A DNA stretch of 32,000 bases from an uncultured bacterium (GCA_963699255.1 OY969425.1:990001-1022000), one strand, 5' to 3'; shown: positions 23,398 to 32,000, numbered from the stretch's first letter. The notes: generated by a model not told the origin, from the letters alone. Program-made: numbers and translations.

Positions 23398-24333
23398 TCA
23401 GTCCTCCATCAATAACGCCAGTATCGCCTTTTGCACATGGAGCCGGTTCTCCGCCTGGTCAAAAACCACGGAATATTTGCTGTCCATCACGTCGCTCGTT
23501 ATCTCCTGTCCGCGGTGGGCAGGCAGGCAGTGCATCACTATAACGTCTTTTTTCGCCTTATTTACCAGGTTAAAATTGACCTGGAATTTCCTGAACGCCT
23601 TGATCCTTTTCGCCGTTTCTTTTTCCTGCCCCATGGATGTCCAGACATCCGTGTAGATGACATCCGCGCCGACGACCGCGTCGCTGGCGCTGTTCACTAT
23701 CTCTACGGCCGCCTTGGACTTCCTGGCATCTTCCCGCGCGACAGCCAGCAGCTTCTTATCCGGCTCATATCCTTTTGGGCACGCCGCTATGAATTCCATC
23801 CCCGTCTTGGCGCAGGCGGACATAAGGGAATGGCACACGTTATTGCCGTCCCCGATATAAGCCACCTTGACACCCCGGAGCTTTCCTTTTTTCTCCCATA
23901 TTGTGAACAGGTCGGATAACGCCTGGCATGGGTGGAGAAGGTCGGTCAGGCCGTTTATCACGGGGATCGACGCGTATCGCGCGAATTCAATGACGCTTTC
24001 ATGCGCAAAGGTGCGTATGACAACGCCGTCCACGTAGCGGGAAAGGGTCCTTGCTATGTCCGGCACGGATTCGCCCTTTCCGAAACGGAGTCCCGCGGCA
24101 TCCAGGTCGACGGCAAGCCCTCCGAGCTGCCACATCCCCACCACAAAAGAGACGCGGGTACGGTTCGACGGCTTGTCGAATATCATCGCGAGCGTTTTGC
24201 CTTTCAGAAGTTTGGGGGTTAAGCGTTTTTTTGCCCGATTTTTCATGAATTTCGCAAGGTTGAGGATCATCTGGACCTCTTCCTTTGAAAGGTCATGGAT
24301 GGCTATCAGGTCTTTATTTCGCAGTTTTGCCAT
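23398..24333 (-). CDS. argF: ornithine carbamoyltransferase
   Basis: SNRTRVSF carbamoyl-phosphate motif, HPCQ, DVWTSMG, and HCLPAHRGQE. Confidence 0.93.
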   Translation of the reverse strand: MAKLRNKDLIAIHDLSKEEVQMILNLAKFMKNRAKKRLTPKLLKGKTLAMIFDKPSNRTRVSFVVGMWQLGGLAVDLDAAGLRFGKGESVPDIARTLSRYVDGVVIRTFAHESVIEFARYASIPVINGLTDLLHPCQALSDLFTIWEKKGKLRGVKVAYIGDGNNVCHSLMSACAKTGMEFIAACPKGYEPDKKLLAVAREDARKSKAAVEIVNSASDAVVGADVIYTDVWTSMGQEKETAKRIKAFRKFQVNFNLVNKAKKDVIVMHCLPAHRGQEITSDVMDSKYSVVFDQAENRLHVQKAILALLMED

Positions 24334-24357
24334 AAAAACCCCCTTTAGGAAGACTCA

Positions 24358-24386
24358 AATATAGCATAAGGAAAGGGCGTTTTCAA
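24358..24386 (-). promoter_or_regulatory. sigma70-like promoter for argF-argG-argH: -35 TTGAAA, 17-nt spacer, -10 TATATT
   Basis: The minus strand reads TTGAAAacgccctttccttatgcTATATTtgagtcttcctaaaGGGGGtttttATG. The hexamers lie at 24386-24381 and 24363-24358. Confidence 0.5.
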
Positions 24387-24388
24387 AT

Positions 24389-24553
24389 AAGGCAAGGCAC
24401 ATGATGGCAAAGGAAGGCAAAAGAAGATGTTGAAGATTATAAGGCTTAAGGCTTGGGGCAAAACAATAAATTCAAAAGCCTTACGCCTTAAGCCTTGTAC
24501 CTTAAGCCCTTATACTGCCATCAATCGCCATCCTTTGCCATTTTTTGCCTTTT
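24389..24553. repeat. cargo-less doubly nested inverted repeat (outer GGCAAAGG motif, inner AAGGCTTAAGG motif)
   Basis: The outer pair 24404-24414 atggcaaagga and 24531-24541 tcctttgccat is perfect over 11 bp. The inner pair 24441-24451 aaggcttaagg and 24486-24496 ccttaagcctt is also perfect over 11 bp. Confidence 0.7.
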
Positions 24554-24622
24554 TTTTGACAAAAATAATTGCTCAAAAAATGAAATTTTCAGGCCGACTT
24601 GACGATATAAAGGCAGAAAATA

Positions 24623-24696
24623 ATAAGCCCGTTTTGGAGACTCAAGCGCTCCCCTCTAAAACCTCAGATGCTTGATCCCTTCGGGCTTATTTTTTT
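24623..24696. terminator. long-stem structure with flanking T/A runs; candidate bidirectional intrinsic terminator after the giant gene
   Basis: ATAAGCCCG at 24623-24631 pairs perfectly with CGGGCTTAT at 24682-24690 and encloses a partly self-complementary 50 nt. TTTTTT follows on the plus strand (24691-24696), and ttattttct follows on the minus strand. Confidence 0.3.
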
Positions 24697-24761
24697 GCCC
24701 AGAAAAACCTTATTGCGCGGGTAATATTATTCCGGAAGGAAGAGATGGGGAGTTCTTGAGG

Positions 24762-27700
24762 CTAAGGTATCACCCTGTAAACTTTTTTCGGGATCGTTTC
24801 ATCTTGAACGGCTGTATAAACAGGGAGGTTGGCGGCGACATTCTTGCCGATGACCTCATCAAACTCTTTTTGCATCATCTTTCCGGCAATATCAGCGTCA
24901 ATTTGGGTGATAGCATTTTTTCCGTCTGTGCCCAGCATCTTGTTTATCGCGAGGGACATCACCTCAACGAACTTTGATTCCGGCAACTTATCAAGCTGAT
25001 AAGTGGGCATGCTCGTTAAAAGGTTCGCCCTTTTCTGAACGACGATCCCGTATTTACCCATTGCCTGCTGTAAAACCCCCGCCTTGTCCAGAAGATCCGT
25101 GACCTGCCTATATAATGCCTTGCACTGACGCAAATATTTAAGGTCTATGGTCATTGAATTGCTTGCGATATCGTTCAATTTAATGACGCTTACCGTGTAG
25201 TCGGACAACAGCAATCTGGCCAGTTCGGGGCTGAAATATATGCTTTTGCTGAACCCCTCGTTTCCTACCGCCTGGCAATCAATGTAATTCGGCTTGAACA
25301 CGCCTTGCGCGACCTTGTCATTGATATAATCGTGAAGCGCCGCCTTGATCATTATTCTCGTCTTATATTCTTCCGTGTAATCAGCATATATCACGGCATA
25401 ATTCTCTCCTGATTTCGAGATATAATTGATCTTGTTCCCAACTTTCTTCAAATAACCCAGTTCAAGAAGGACGCCAGCTATGTCCTGCTGAAGATTCGGC
25501 GAATTCTTGAACTCCTGGCTCTCTATGCCGAATCCCATCGGCAGTTCTTTTAACGCCTCTTTTGTATTCGCGATATCTGAAAGGTTTTTCTTTGTGCCCC
25601 AGTTCTCTTGCGGACCCAGATCCTGAGACAGCAAAAGAAGGCTGACTGTGGCTCCAAGGGTCTTTAAGGCGCCGTTAAAGAGCACCGCCGATACCACTCT
25701 CCATTCAAGCGCCGTCCCGACGGCTCCAACAATTCCCTGTACAACGGGGCTTTTGAACTTGCCTGCGATTATTTCTGCGGGATTATATTCTCTGTCGATC
25801 TCTGAGGCCATAAGGCCCATTTGAACGACCGGGTTATCCACTACCGCTGTGAATTTTTCGCTTAGCCACTTGCCGCCATCTTCACCTTTCTGTTGGAGTA
25901 TTAAGCCAAGGCCTAAAGCAAATCCGTCCTTTATATATTCCAGGTATCCGGGTACGTGTATTTTTGACGCGATATACATGGGCGTCGTAAACCCTGCTAT
26001 ACCGCCGACGCCTTTAACCACATCTTCCGGTGTCTTCCAGGTGCGGAAATTTTGATAAACGTAAGTGAAGTTAGAGCCTTTTCCCGAAGAAAGTCCTCCT
26101 GCCGCTTCAACAAGCTTTGTTGTTCCGTAGAATAACGTCAACCCTGCAAAGCCACCGGCGGCATCCTTCAGTATGATCATTCCGTCTACTTTCTCACCTT
26201 TTGCCAACTTGGCCAACTCGTTCACCATTGTCCCGACTACAACGAACATCGCTGCCGCGGCTCCGAAAGTCTTAATTTCTGTTATTGCTTTATCCCCTAA
26301 AGTCGTTACATCATTCCATTTTCCGTTTTCTATGTCAGGAGTGTATTTCCAGACCCTGTTGTTCTCTGTTTTCTTGTAGTACACTCCGTCCTTTTCAAAT
26401 AAGGTCACTTTCCCCAGCGGATTGCCCTTTGAATCGAATTCATGCAGCAAGCCGTCTTCTCCCATCCTTATATTTCTTGGCGCTTTGCTATCCTTAATGA
26501 TATCAACTTTCACGCCGTTGGTTCCTTCGACCATCTTCGCCACTCTGCCGTCCGTTGTAACGACGCAAAAGGCGGGTTTACCGGTTACGCCTTTTACGTT
26601 CGGGGCTTTACCAATCCCGTTCATTTCGATCTGCTTTGCCATAAGATGGATATTTTCTTCATTCAATAATGTTATTTCCGAGGGATTCAGCTGCGTGTTG
26701 CCTTCGAACGAGAGATTTATCTCCGTGTTCCCGCGGAGATGCGTTTCCGCAGTCTCATGAAGCATGGCTTTTATCAGTTTTGAGTTGCCAAAGCCTCTAT
26801 AGAACACCCTTATCAGCCTGTCAAGGCAGCTCTTTTGAAAGACCGTTTCTTTAAGGTATATGGTGCATTTGCCATTTTCGTCGATCCTATATACAGCATC
26901 TCCCGGCGTATCGCCCCAACCCTCCTTAGAAACTTTCTTAAATTTAATCGATTCGCCGTCCCTGATCTTTTCTTCCATGCCTTTAAAGAGAAGATTTTTG
27001 CTTTTTAGTGTTTCAATGACCTCGTCTATCTTCGCCTGTTCATAGCTGTTAACATCGGTACTGTTCGATTTGTTTATAATGGCGTCGATCTCATCTTTGG
27101 TCACTTCCGCTCCCGCCTGCGAGCCGCCCACATTATTGATCCTTTGCTCGGGGAGCCGGATCTTCTGTCCAACTTTGATCTTGGTGGAGTCTTTGATCTC
27201 AGGGTTAAGTTCAAGCAGTTTTTTTACCGTTGTTCCATACTTTCTGGCAATGGACCACATCCTGTCCCCATCTACAACTGTATAGATATTATCTGCGACT
27301 GCTGGCCCCAAATTCGCGTGAACATTATCCTTTTGCTTTATATCAGCTTCCTTTTTATTAACGTCATCGGAATTTGTGTCGGCTTTTTTCTCCTGCTTTA
27401 TTCCGGTCGTCTTCTTTTCAGAGTCCCCCGGCTTTGTACTCAACTTGCTCTTCGTTTCTTCTTTTGATTTTTCCGTGGACGCGGTTTTTTGCTCCGGATT
27501 AATTTCCGTCTTTTTATTAATAGGTTTGTCCTTTTCAACTTTTTTCTCGTTCGGATTAGGATCGTTCTTTGTTCCCGTTCCTGTTGGTTCATTCTTCTGT
27601 GCCGGCTCCGGGGTCTTTCTCCCGAAGACTTTTTTGACAGTTTTCCCGCTCCAGGACAACCCGCGGCCGATCAAAGCATTGTATCTGCCTTTCCTGATCC

Positions 27701-30137
27701 GTGGCATTATTTCGCTGAGCTTTATGCCTTCGATCAGCAATATTTTATCCGCCGCGGACTGCTGCACGAACCGTCTCACATCGGGGATCTGCTGGCCGAT
27801 GATGTTCTCGCATATGGATTCGTAGATCATGTTGCAGGCCTCAGGATCGCCGTTAGCTGATTCGAATTGATCTGGGTAATATTGCTTGATCTCCTCGATA
27901 GGATAAAGATCCTTGCTGTGCTCATAGATGGAACGCATTGTTTTGTTATATACTTTTTCTTGTATGGAATTCCTCCACTTCCTGTGGGGCTGCATAACAT
28001 CATAATTGAAAGCTCTTGCCGGATTATCCAGTTTGAACTGTAAGATTTGAACTCTGACAAGATTTAAAAAATCCTCGCCTGTCATCCTCAGTACCGGGAC
28101 ACCCTCATCGTTCGTCATGGTTATGAGCTTGTTCCTCTTGCTGTATTTGCAATAATCAGCGGCAAGGTCCAGGTTCTGAAGGAATTCCCGTTCCTTCATG
28201 ACTGCTACGGATTTGCGATCGACCTCATTCGCTTTGTTCAGGATCCCTTCAAGCTCGGCGGTCTTCATCCCTTTCTTGACTTTTTCGCCGCTCGCCCGCA
28301 GACTTTCGACAAGCGCCTTTTTTTCCTGCGGGGTGACATTTTTTGCCAGCCAGTCGGAAACCGCCCCTCCCATCGCGTCCTTGACCGCCCCTTTATACTT
28401 GGGATCCAGGGCGATCTTTATGATATCGCTGCTTGTGAGAATGACGGATTTGGCGGCTTTTGCCCGGGACCGATTAAAAAGTTCATATATCGCTTTTATC
28501 TCATTTTTCGCTGCCCGGGAAAGTTTCTGTTGCGTTGAAGAAAAGATCCCCAAAAGTTCGATCCTTTCAAGTTCGCTCATTTCCCCTTTAATCGCGAGGG
28601 TCTTGGTCGCGTCATCGTACCTGTATGTATCCGCGTGTGAGGCGATAAATTTATCCAGCATGTCATTTTTGGTGACCTTTACAGCGGCTTCTCCGTTCTT
28701 TTGTACAAGATTGATCTGGAATTCCTTGTCAAACTTCTTGTCGGCAAGGGCGGTCTTTATCATGCCTTCGAAAGCATCGTCCCCATCTTCGATACTGGGG
28801 GCTTCGGAAATGATCTCGCTGTCCATTTTATTGAAATCATCCAGGAATTCCTTTTGAGCGGAGGTCAAACCGCGCAATCCGCGCAATACCCTGGAGATAT
28901 TCTTTATCAGATCGTAGGGGTGAATAGAATAATCCACTGCCTGATTAAGCTTGTTCAATCCCCAGGAAGTCCCGTTTATCGCTTTGTCCAGGCCTGTAGA
29001 AGCTGATCTCTCGGCGGGATCCGCGACAAGGCGGCTGGCTGGTATCTCCTGCCATTCGATATCGAATCCCTCGAACGATTTACGGGACTGGGTTATTCTT
29101 CGGGCTCCCCGGTCGTAATAGCTTTTAGCCAATTGATAAAGCCCCATGGTCGCAATGTAAGCAAAGTACAGGTCAATGCCCCCGGCAGTGACATTTTTCC
29201 TTTTCAAGTTCTCATAGGCATCCTTCAGCAAGGCATATGGATTTAAGCGGAAGGCCTCCAGGCTGACCCTGTTATTTACAAGTGACCTTAATAATTCCAG
29301 CCCGTCGGATAAAGCGCTGCCATCCCCATGTATGGCGGCTATTATCAGCTGCGGCAGTTGAGCCACTAATGCGGTCTGGGTCTGGATGCTGATCATCGGG
29401 GTCATGGCAAAATTAAGAGAAAGATACTGATCGATCATATCTTCAGCTTGGTCCAGGCTCGTCCATCCAAATCCGCGCGGTAGATCTCCCGATTTGTCCT
29501 CATTGATCGTAAAGGAGGTCGGTTCCCGTAAATCCTGATGCAGCAACTCGATGTCGCCCGAACTTTGCCCCGAAAGTTTGTTCAAGACCGCCCCGATATT
29601 GAAAGGAGCTTCCGACACTCTGGACAGGTCCTGGTCCATGGGGACAAAATAGCGGGAGAAGAATTTGAGGGCTTCCGCGGTCGTATTATCCAGACCGGAA
29701 AAAAGGTTCATATATGTAAGGTCGTATTCCTCGGATCCATCCATTTCTTTCGCTCCATAATTAAGGTCGGCCGCATATCCCATCAGCTCGCCGAATTTGT
29801 CCTGGGTCTTGAATTCGTACCCTGAAGACTCAAAGGACTCGATCAACTCCTTTTGCTTATTCGGGGCATTCTTATATTTTCCCAGGAATGTACTAAGGAG
29901 AAAACCCGCGCGGTCCACGATCTTTTTATTCACCTTTTCGTTGTTCAGGCTTATTCCTTTGCCCCATTTCATATAATCGCTTTCGATGAGGTATCCTTTT
30001 AAGACCAGGGCATAAGGATAGGTGGTGCTGCCATTGACCATCATGTTCACTGTTTTTTCGGCCGCGTTCAGGTTCTTCTTGACCCGACCGTTGCAGCTTT
30101 CTTCCCCCGGGTCCCACTGCAGGATGGCGGTTTGCAA
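24762..30137 (-). CDS. giant orphan protein (1791 aa): helical N-terminal half, K/E/T-rich disordered linker, LysM domain, cluster of Gly/Ala-rich TM helices
   Basis: Uninterrupted 5.4 kb ORF. LysM motif YTVVDGDRMWSIARKYGTTVKKLLELNPEIKDSTKIKVGQKIRLP (27150-27284). Low-complexity linker at about 27285-27625. Hydrophobic cluster at about 25621-26290 (FGAAAAMFVVVGTMV, GGFAGLTLFYG, GGIAGFTTPMYIA, GFALGLGLIL, GIVGAVGTALEWRVVSAVLF, LGATVSLLLL). No N-terminal signal peptide. Start is TTG 30137 (70 nt overlap with the upstream ORF) or ATG 30044, 24 nt after the upstream stop. Confidence 0.7.
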   Translation of the reverse strand: MQTAILQWDPGEESCNGRVKKNLNAAEKTVNMMVNGSTTYPYALVLKGYLIESDYMKWGKGISLNNEKVNKKIVDRAGFLLSTFLGKYKNAPNKQKELIESFESSGYEFKTQDKFGELMGYAADLNYGAKEMDGSEEYDLTYMNLFSGLDNTTAEALKFFSRYFVPMDQDLSRVSEAPFNIGAVLNKLSGQSSGDIELLHQDLREPTSFTINEDKSGDLPRGFGWTSLDQAEDMIDQYLSLNFAMTPMISIQTQTALVAQLPQLIIAAIHGDGSALSDGLELLRSLVNNRVSLEAFRLNPYALLKDAYENLKRKNVTAGGIDLYFAYIATMGLYQLAKSYYDRGARRITQSRKSFEGFDIEWQEIPASRLVADPAERSASTGLDKAINGTSWGLNKLNQAVDYSIHPYDLIKNISRVLRGLRGLTSAQKEFLDDFNKMDSEIISEAPSIEDGDDAFEGMIKTALADKKFDKEFQINLVQKNGEAAVKVTKNDMLDKFIASHADTYRYDDATKTLAIKGEMSELERIELLGIFSSTQQKLSRAAKNEIKAIYELFNRSRAKAAKSVILTSSDIIKIALDPKYKGAVKDAMGGAVSDWLAKNVTPQEKKALVESLRASGEKVKKGMKTAELEGILNKANEVDRKSVAVMKEREFLQNLDLAADYCKYSKRNKLITMTNDEGVPVLRMTGEDFLNLVRVQILQFKLDNPARAFNYDVMQPHRKWRNSIQEKVYNKTMRSIYEHSKDLYPIEEIKQYYPDQFESANGDPEACNMIYESICENIIGQQIPDVRRFVQQSAADKILLIEGIKLSEIMPRIRKGRYNALIGRGLSWSGKTVKKVFGRKTPEPAQKNEPTGTGTKNDPNPNEKKVEKDKPINKKTEINPEQKTASTEKSKEETKSKLSTKPGDSEKKTTGIKQEKKADTNSDDVNKKEADIKQKDNVHANLGPAVADNIYTVVDGDRMWSIARKYGTTVKKLLELNPEIKDSTKIKVGQKIRLPEQRINNVGGSQAGAEVTKDEIDAIINKSNSTDVNSYEQAKIDEVIETLKSKNLLFKGMEEKIRDGESIKFKKVSKEGWGDTPGDAVYRIDENGKCTIYLKETVFQKSCLDRLIRVFYRGFGNSKLIKAMLHETAETHLRGNTEINLSFEGNTQLNPSEITLLNEENIHLMAKQIEMNGIGKAPNVKGVTGKPAFCVVTTDGRVAKMVEGTNGVKVDIIKDSKAPRNIRMGEDGLLHEFDSKGNPLGKVTLFEKDGVYYKKTENNRVWKYTPDIENGKWNDVTTLGDKAITEIKTFGAAAAMFVVVGTMVNELAKLAKGEKVDGMIILKDAAGGFAGLTLFYGTTKLVEAAGGLSSGKGSNFTYVYQNFRTWKTPEDVVKGVGGIAGFTTPMYIASKIHVPGYLEYIKDGFALGLGLILQQKGEDGGKWLSEKFTAVVDNPVVQMGLMASEIDREYNPAEIIAGKFKSPVVQGIVGAVGTALEWRVVSAVLFNGALKTLGATVSLLLLSQDLGPQENWGTKKNLSDIANTKEALKELPMGFGIESQEFKNSPNLQQDIAGVLLELGYLKKVGNKINYISKSGENYAVIYADYTEEYKTRIMIKAALHDYINDKVAQGVFKPNYIDCQAVGNEGFSKSIYFSPELARLLLSDYTVSVIKLNDIASNSMTIDLKYLRQCKALYRQVTDLLDKAGVLQQAMGKYGIVVQKRANLLTSMPTYQLDKLPESKFVEVMSLAINKMLGTDGKNAITQIDADIAGKMMQKEFDEVIGKNVAANLPVYTAVQDETIPKKVYRVIP

Positions 30138-31990
30138 ATTCTTTTCCCCAGCGTTATGGGGTTCTTTATGGTCTTGTATTCATTTCCCACCTGGATCTTG
30201 AGATCTTTAAGGCGCTGATCATCATTGACGTTAAAATACAGGCTGTTAAAGACTATCCCTTTATCTTTCATCTTCTGCGCAAGGCTGTTCAGGAATTCCT
30301 TCGGATTATCAAGCGCCCACTGCTCGTTCTTTTGGTCCGCCTTTTCAGATTTGGTCCCTATCATGGCGTTCACGGCGGCGGGCGTCAGGTATCCTTCATA
30401 GTTTTTGACGAATGCCTGTATAAAATCCCAGCCTATGCTGATGGAGCTTTCGCCCTGAAAGTAATCTTTATCCTTTGCGTGGCACGGCTTATCATCATTT
30501 TCAGCGAAGAACGTTCCATTTTTTTTCGCTTCGACTTCTTTCTTGAACAGGATCTCCTTTAATCCTATCACCCTGGTATTATCCACAGCTTCCAGGGCTT
30601 TTCGGTTGGCGGGCGTCGGCATTGTTAAAAGGGAATAATGGATAGGGTCCCACAAAAAGTCATATACGAGCTTCTGCCATATGCTCTTACTGCCCTTTTG
30701 ACCGCCTTCCTTTGCCGCTTTCCTTTGGGCCTCCTGATCAGCGATGTACTCTCTTTCTTGTTTGGGCTCCGCCTCCTGGGTGACGCGTGAGATAACGTTA
30801 TATAGCCGCCTTAAGATAATTAGGACCTGGTTGGCTTCCTCCGTGGCCTCCACATCTTCGGTCTCCCCGTTCTTTAAAATGACCGATTCATTCGCATTTT
30901 TGATCATGTCCTCATCAATGTAAAATCTTCCATCCTGCACATAATCCGCCACCCTGTTTATGGCACGAATTTGGTTCGGGTCAAGCTGCTGCTTATAAGG
31001 GCTGTTACTGGCGAGCTTATCCTGCCAGTTGGCCAACGCTCTTAAATAGGCCGGAGATAGATAATCTGTCCCTTCTATCGTCAAAGTTTTGCCTTTCATA
31101 TGTATAGGATTAGGCGCGTAGCCCTGATCAGCAAGATAGAGCATTATGCTGAGTATCGGCAGTTCTTCGACAACTTCATGGTGATCCTTATCGGGATTCA
31201 ATGATATTGTATTTATATTGTCCCCTGATATTATCTTCCATGTCTTTTTGACAACTTTTTTGACAATAGGTTCCCTGACGATCTTATATCCCGGCGCCGC
31301 CTTGTCCTGCTCATTTTTATTTTCCGATATGTGGGACATGTTCGCATTTTCGGAAAGCAGTGACTGGGCCATGGTCCCGTCTATCACAAGATATTCCTTT
31401 TCCTGTTGATCCTTTATGAGCGGGACATCCTTCAGGGACGCGTAATTTTTTGTCATTACCCCCAGAATTTGATCGGCAGCCGATAAAAGGCTGTTTTGAT
31501 CCAGCTTTTCAGCTGAAGAAAGGCCCAATTCATCTATCAGTTGCTGGGCAATGAACCCCCCGAGTTCCGAGATCTTCGCGATCTTCTTCTTCTTTTCCTC
31601 CAGATCCATCTGATTATTTTTGATTATCTGCAAATTGCATCCAATATTGAATTTGATGTTCAATTCCTGTGCGTTCAAATTCATGATCTGACCGTTCACC
31701 TGCTTGTTGATGAAAGCCTCATATTGCTTAAGGTAAGCTTGCATGGCTTTCTCGTCTATCGTTCCCCCATCTTTCTTGGCGGACGCCCGCAACTCTTTTT
31801 CCTTTGCGTCCTTTTGCTTTTCCGCGGCATCTTTTTGCTTCTTTATTTCATTTTTTATGTTGGCACTCTGTGTTTGAATGTTCGCCAGATATTCATCGTT
31901 CTCTTTGCGTGTGCGGTCCAGCTGCCCAAGGACTTCGTCAAGGTTTTCTTGAGATATTTTCTTTATTTCCGCGACTATAGATCCCTGCAT
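30068..31990 (-). CDS. large orphan protein (at least 640 aa) with a coiled-coil K/E/Q-rich N-terminus; possibly 5'-incomplete
   Basis: Long ORF on the same strand as the 1791 aa gene and directly upstream of it. The N-terminus has heptad-like KNEIKKQKDAAEKQKDAKEKELRA. The three codons upstream of ATG 31990 are also open (I-K-Y), so the gene may extend past the window. Confidence 0.6.
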   Translation of the reverse strand: MQGSIVAEIKKISQENLDEVLGQLDRTRKENDEYLANIQTQSANIKNEIKKQKDAAEKQKDAKEKELRASAKKDGGTIDEKAMQAYLKQYEAFINKQVNGQIMNLNAQELNIKFNIGCNLQIIKNNQMDLEEKKKKIAKISELGGFIAQQLIDELGLSSAEKLDQNSLLSAADQILGVMTKNYASLKDVPLIKDQQEKEYLVIDGTMAQSLLSENANMSHISENKNEQDKAAPGYKIVREPIVKKVVKKTWKIISGDNINTISLNPDKDHHEVVEELPILSIMLYLADQGYAPNPIHMKGKTLTIEGTDYLSPAYLRALANWQDKLASNSPYKQQLDPNQIRAINRVADYVQDGRFYIDEDMIKNANESVILKNGETEDVEATEEANQVLIILRRLYNVISRVTQEAEPKQEREYIADQEAQRKAAKEGGQKGSKSIWQKLVYDFLWDPIHYSLLTMPTPANRKALEAVDNTRVIGLKEILFKKEVEAKKNGTFFAENDDKPCHAKDKDYFQGESSISIGWDFIQAFVKNYEGYLTPAAVNAMIGTKSEKADQKNEQWALDNPKEFLNSLAQKMKDKGIVFNSLYFNVNDDQRLKDLKIQVGNEYKTIKNPITLGKRICKPPSCSGTRGKKAATVGSRRT

Positions 31991-32000
31991 ATATTTAATG

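Noticed and set aside
24427-24977. Plus-strand ORFs 24427-24675 and 24672-24977 as small proteins
   Set aside because: The first is a translation of the low-complexity palindrome and the terminator-like stem. The second is antisense to the 3' end of the giant gene. Neither has a start context.
26731-26780. Zinc metalloprotease motif in the giant protein (LIKAMLHETAETHLRG)
   Set aside because: The spacing is H-E-x4-H, not HExxH or HExxxH. I see no third ligand motif, so no protease call is justified.
30071-30179. Programmed -1 ribosomal frameshift joining the two giant ORFs
   Set aside because: No canonical X XXY YYZ slippery heptamer is in frame. G GGG AAA and G GGG AAG do not allow A-site re-pairing, and I saw no obvious downstream stimulatory structure. 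An indel or separate genes is more likely.
24762-32000. Prophage tape-measure or tail genes as the identity of the giant ORFs
   Set aside because: Length, hydrophobic Gly-rich segments and LysM are compatible with this reading. However, the downstream flank is the arg operon, and no capsid, terminase, portal or integrase gene is visible in the window. The idea cannot be supported from this sequence.
1-32000. tRNA, rRNA or other canonical RNA genes in the intergenic regions
   Set aside because: All intergenic segments are short and are accounted for by palindromes, arms or promoters. None shows a tRNA-like T-arm (GTTCRANYC) context or rRNA-like sequence.

Overview
This is a compact bacterial chromosomal window, roughly 90% coding. 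Gene content and repeat style suggest an uncultivated, small-genome lineage, but that is inference only.

**Plus strand, 1-4963.** A type IV pilus / T2SS-like assembly block: a minor pseudopilin, a PilM-PilN fusion, PilO with a PilP-like tail, and a TPR-secretin PilQ.

**Minus strand, 4937-32000.** An almost uninterrupted gene array, listed here by ascending coordinate:
- Opp/Dpp-type peptide ABC transporter (F, D, C, B, A)
- a pilin and a PilC platform protein
- tatD and metG
- an opposite-strand island carrying a proteasome-beta/Anbu-like Ntn hydrolase plus a DUF559 endonuclease
- an orphan Asp-box protein, pepA, lemA, a TPM-domain gene and ndk
- argH, argG and argF
- two giant orphan ORFs: one of 1791 aa with a K/E/T-rich linker, a LysM domain and a TM cluster, and one of at least 640 aa with a coiled-coil N-terminus whose frame is still open at the window edge

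I saw no rRNA, tRNA or CRISPR array.

**Most unusual signal.** Six intergenic junctions hold long imperfect inverted repeats. Each is built from its own low-complexity motif, and each has a perfect 11-12 bp complementary core.
- Two enclose four-helix-bundle ORFs of the 23S-rRNA-IVS-protein / Avd family.
- One encloses the proteasome-like + DUF559 pair.
- Three are empty.

The architecture resembles rRNA intervening sequences, but here it sits inside mRNA operons.

**Short palindromes.** Three families of short GC-rich palindromes also occur, and they nest inside one another:
- AACC-GCGACT..AGTCGC-GGTT
- CCGAGACT..AGTCTCGG
- ACCCCAAC-N6-GTTGGGGT

They lie in or next to the 5' ends of ORFs and inflate several ORF-track N-termini.

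All functional calls come from motifs I recognise by eye. No database search was run.
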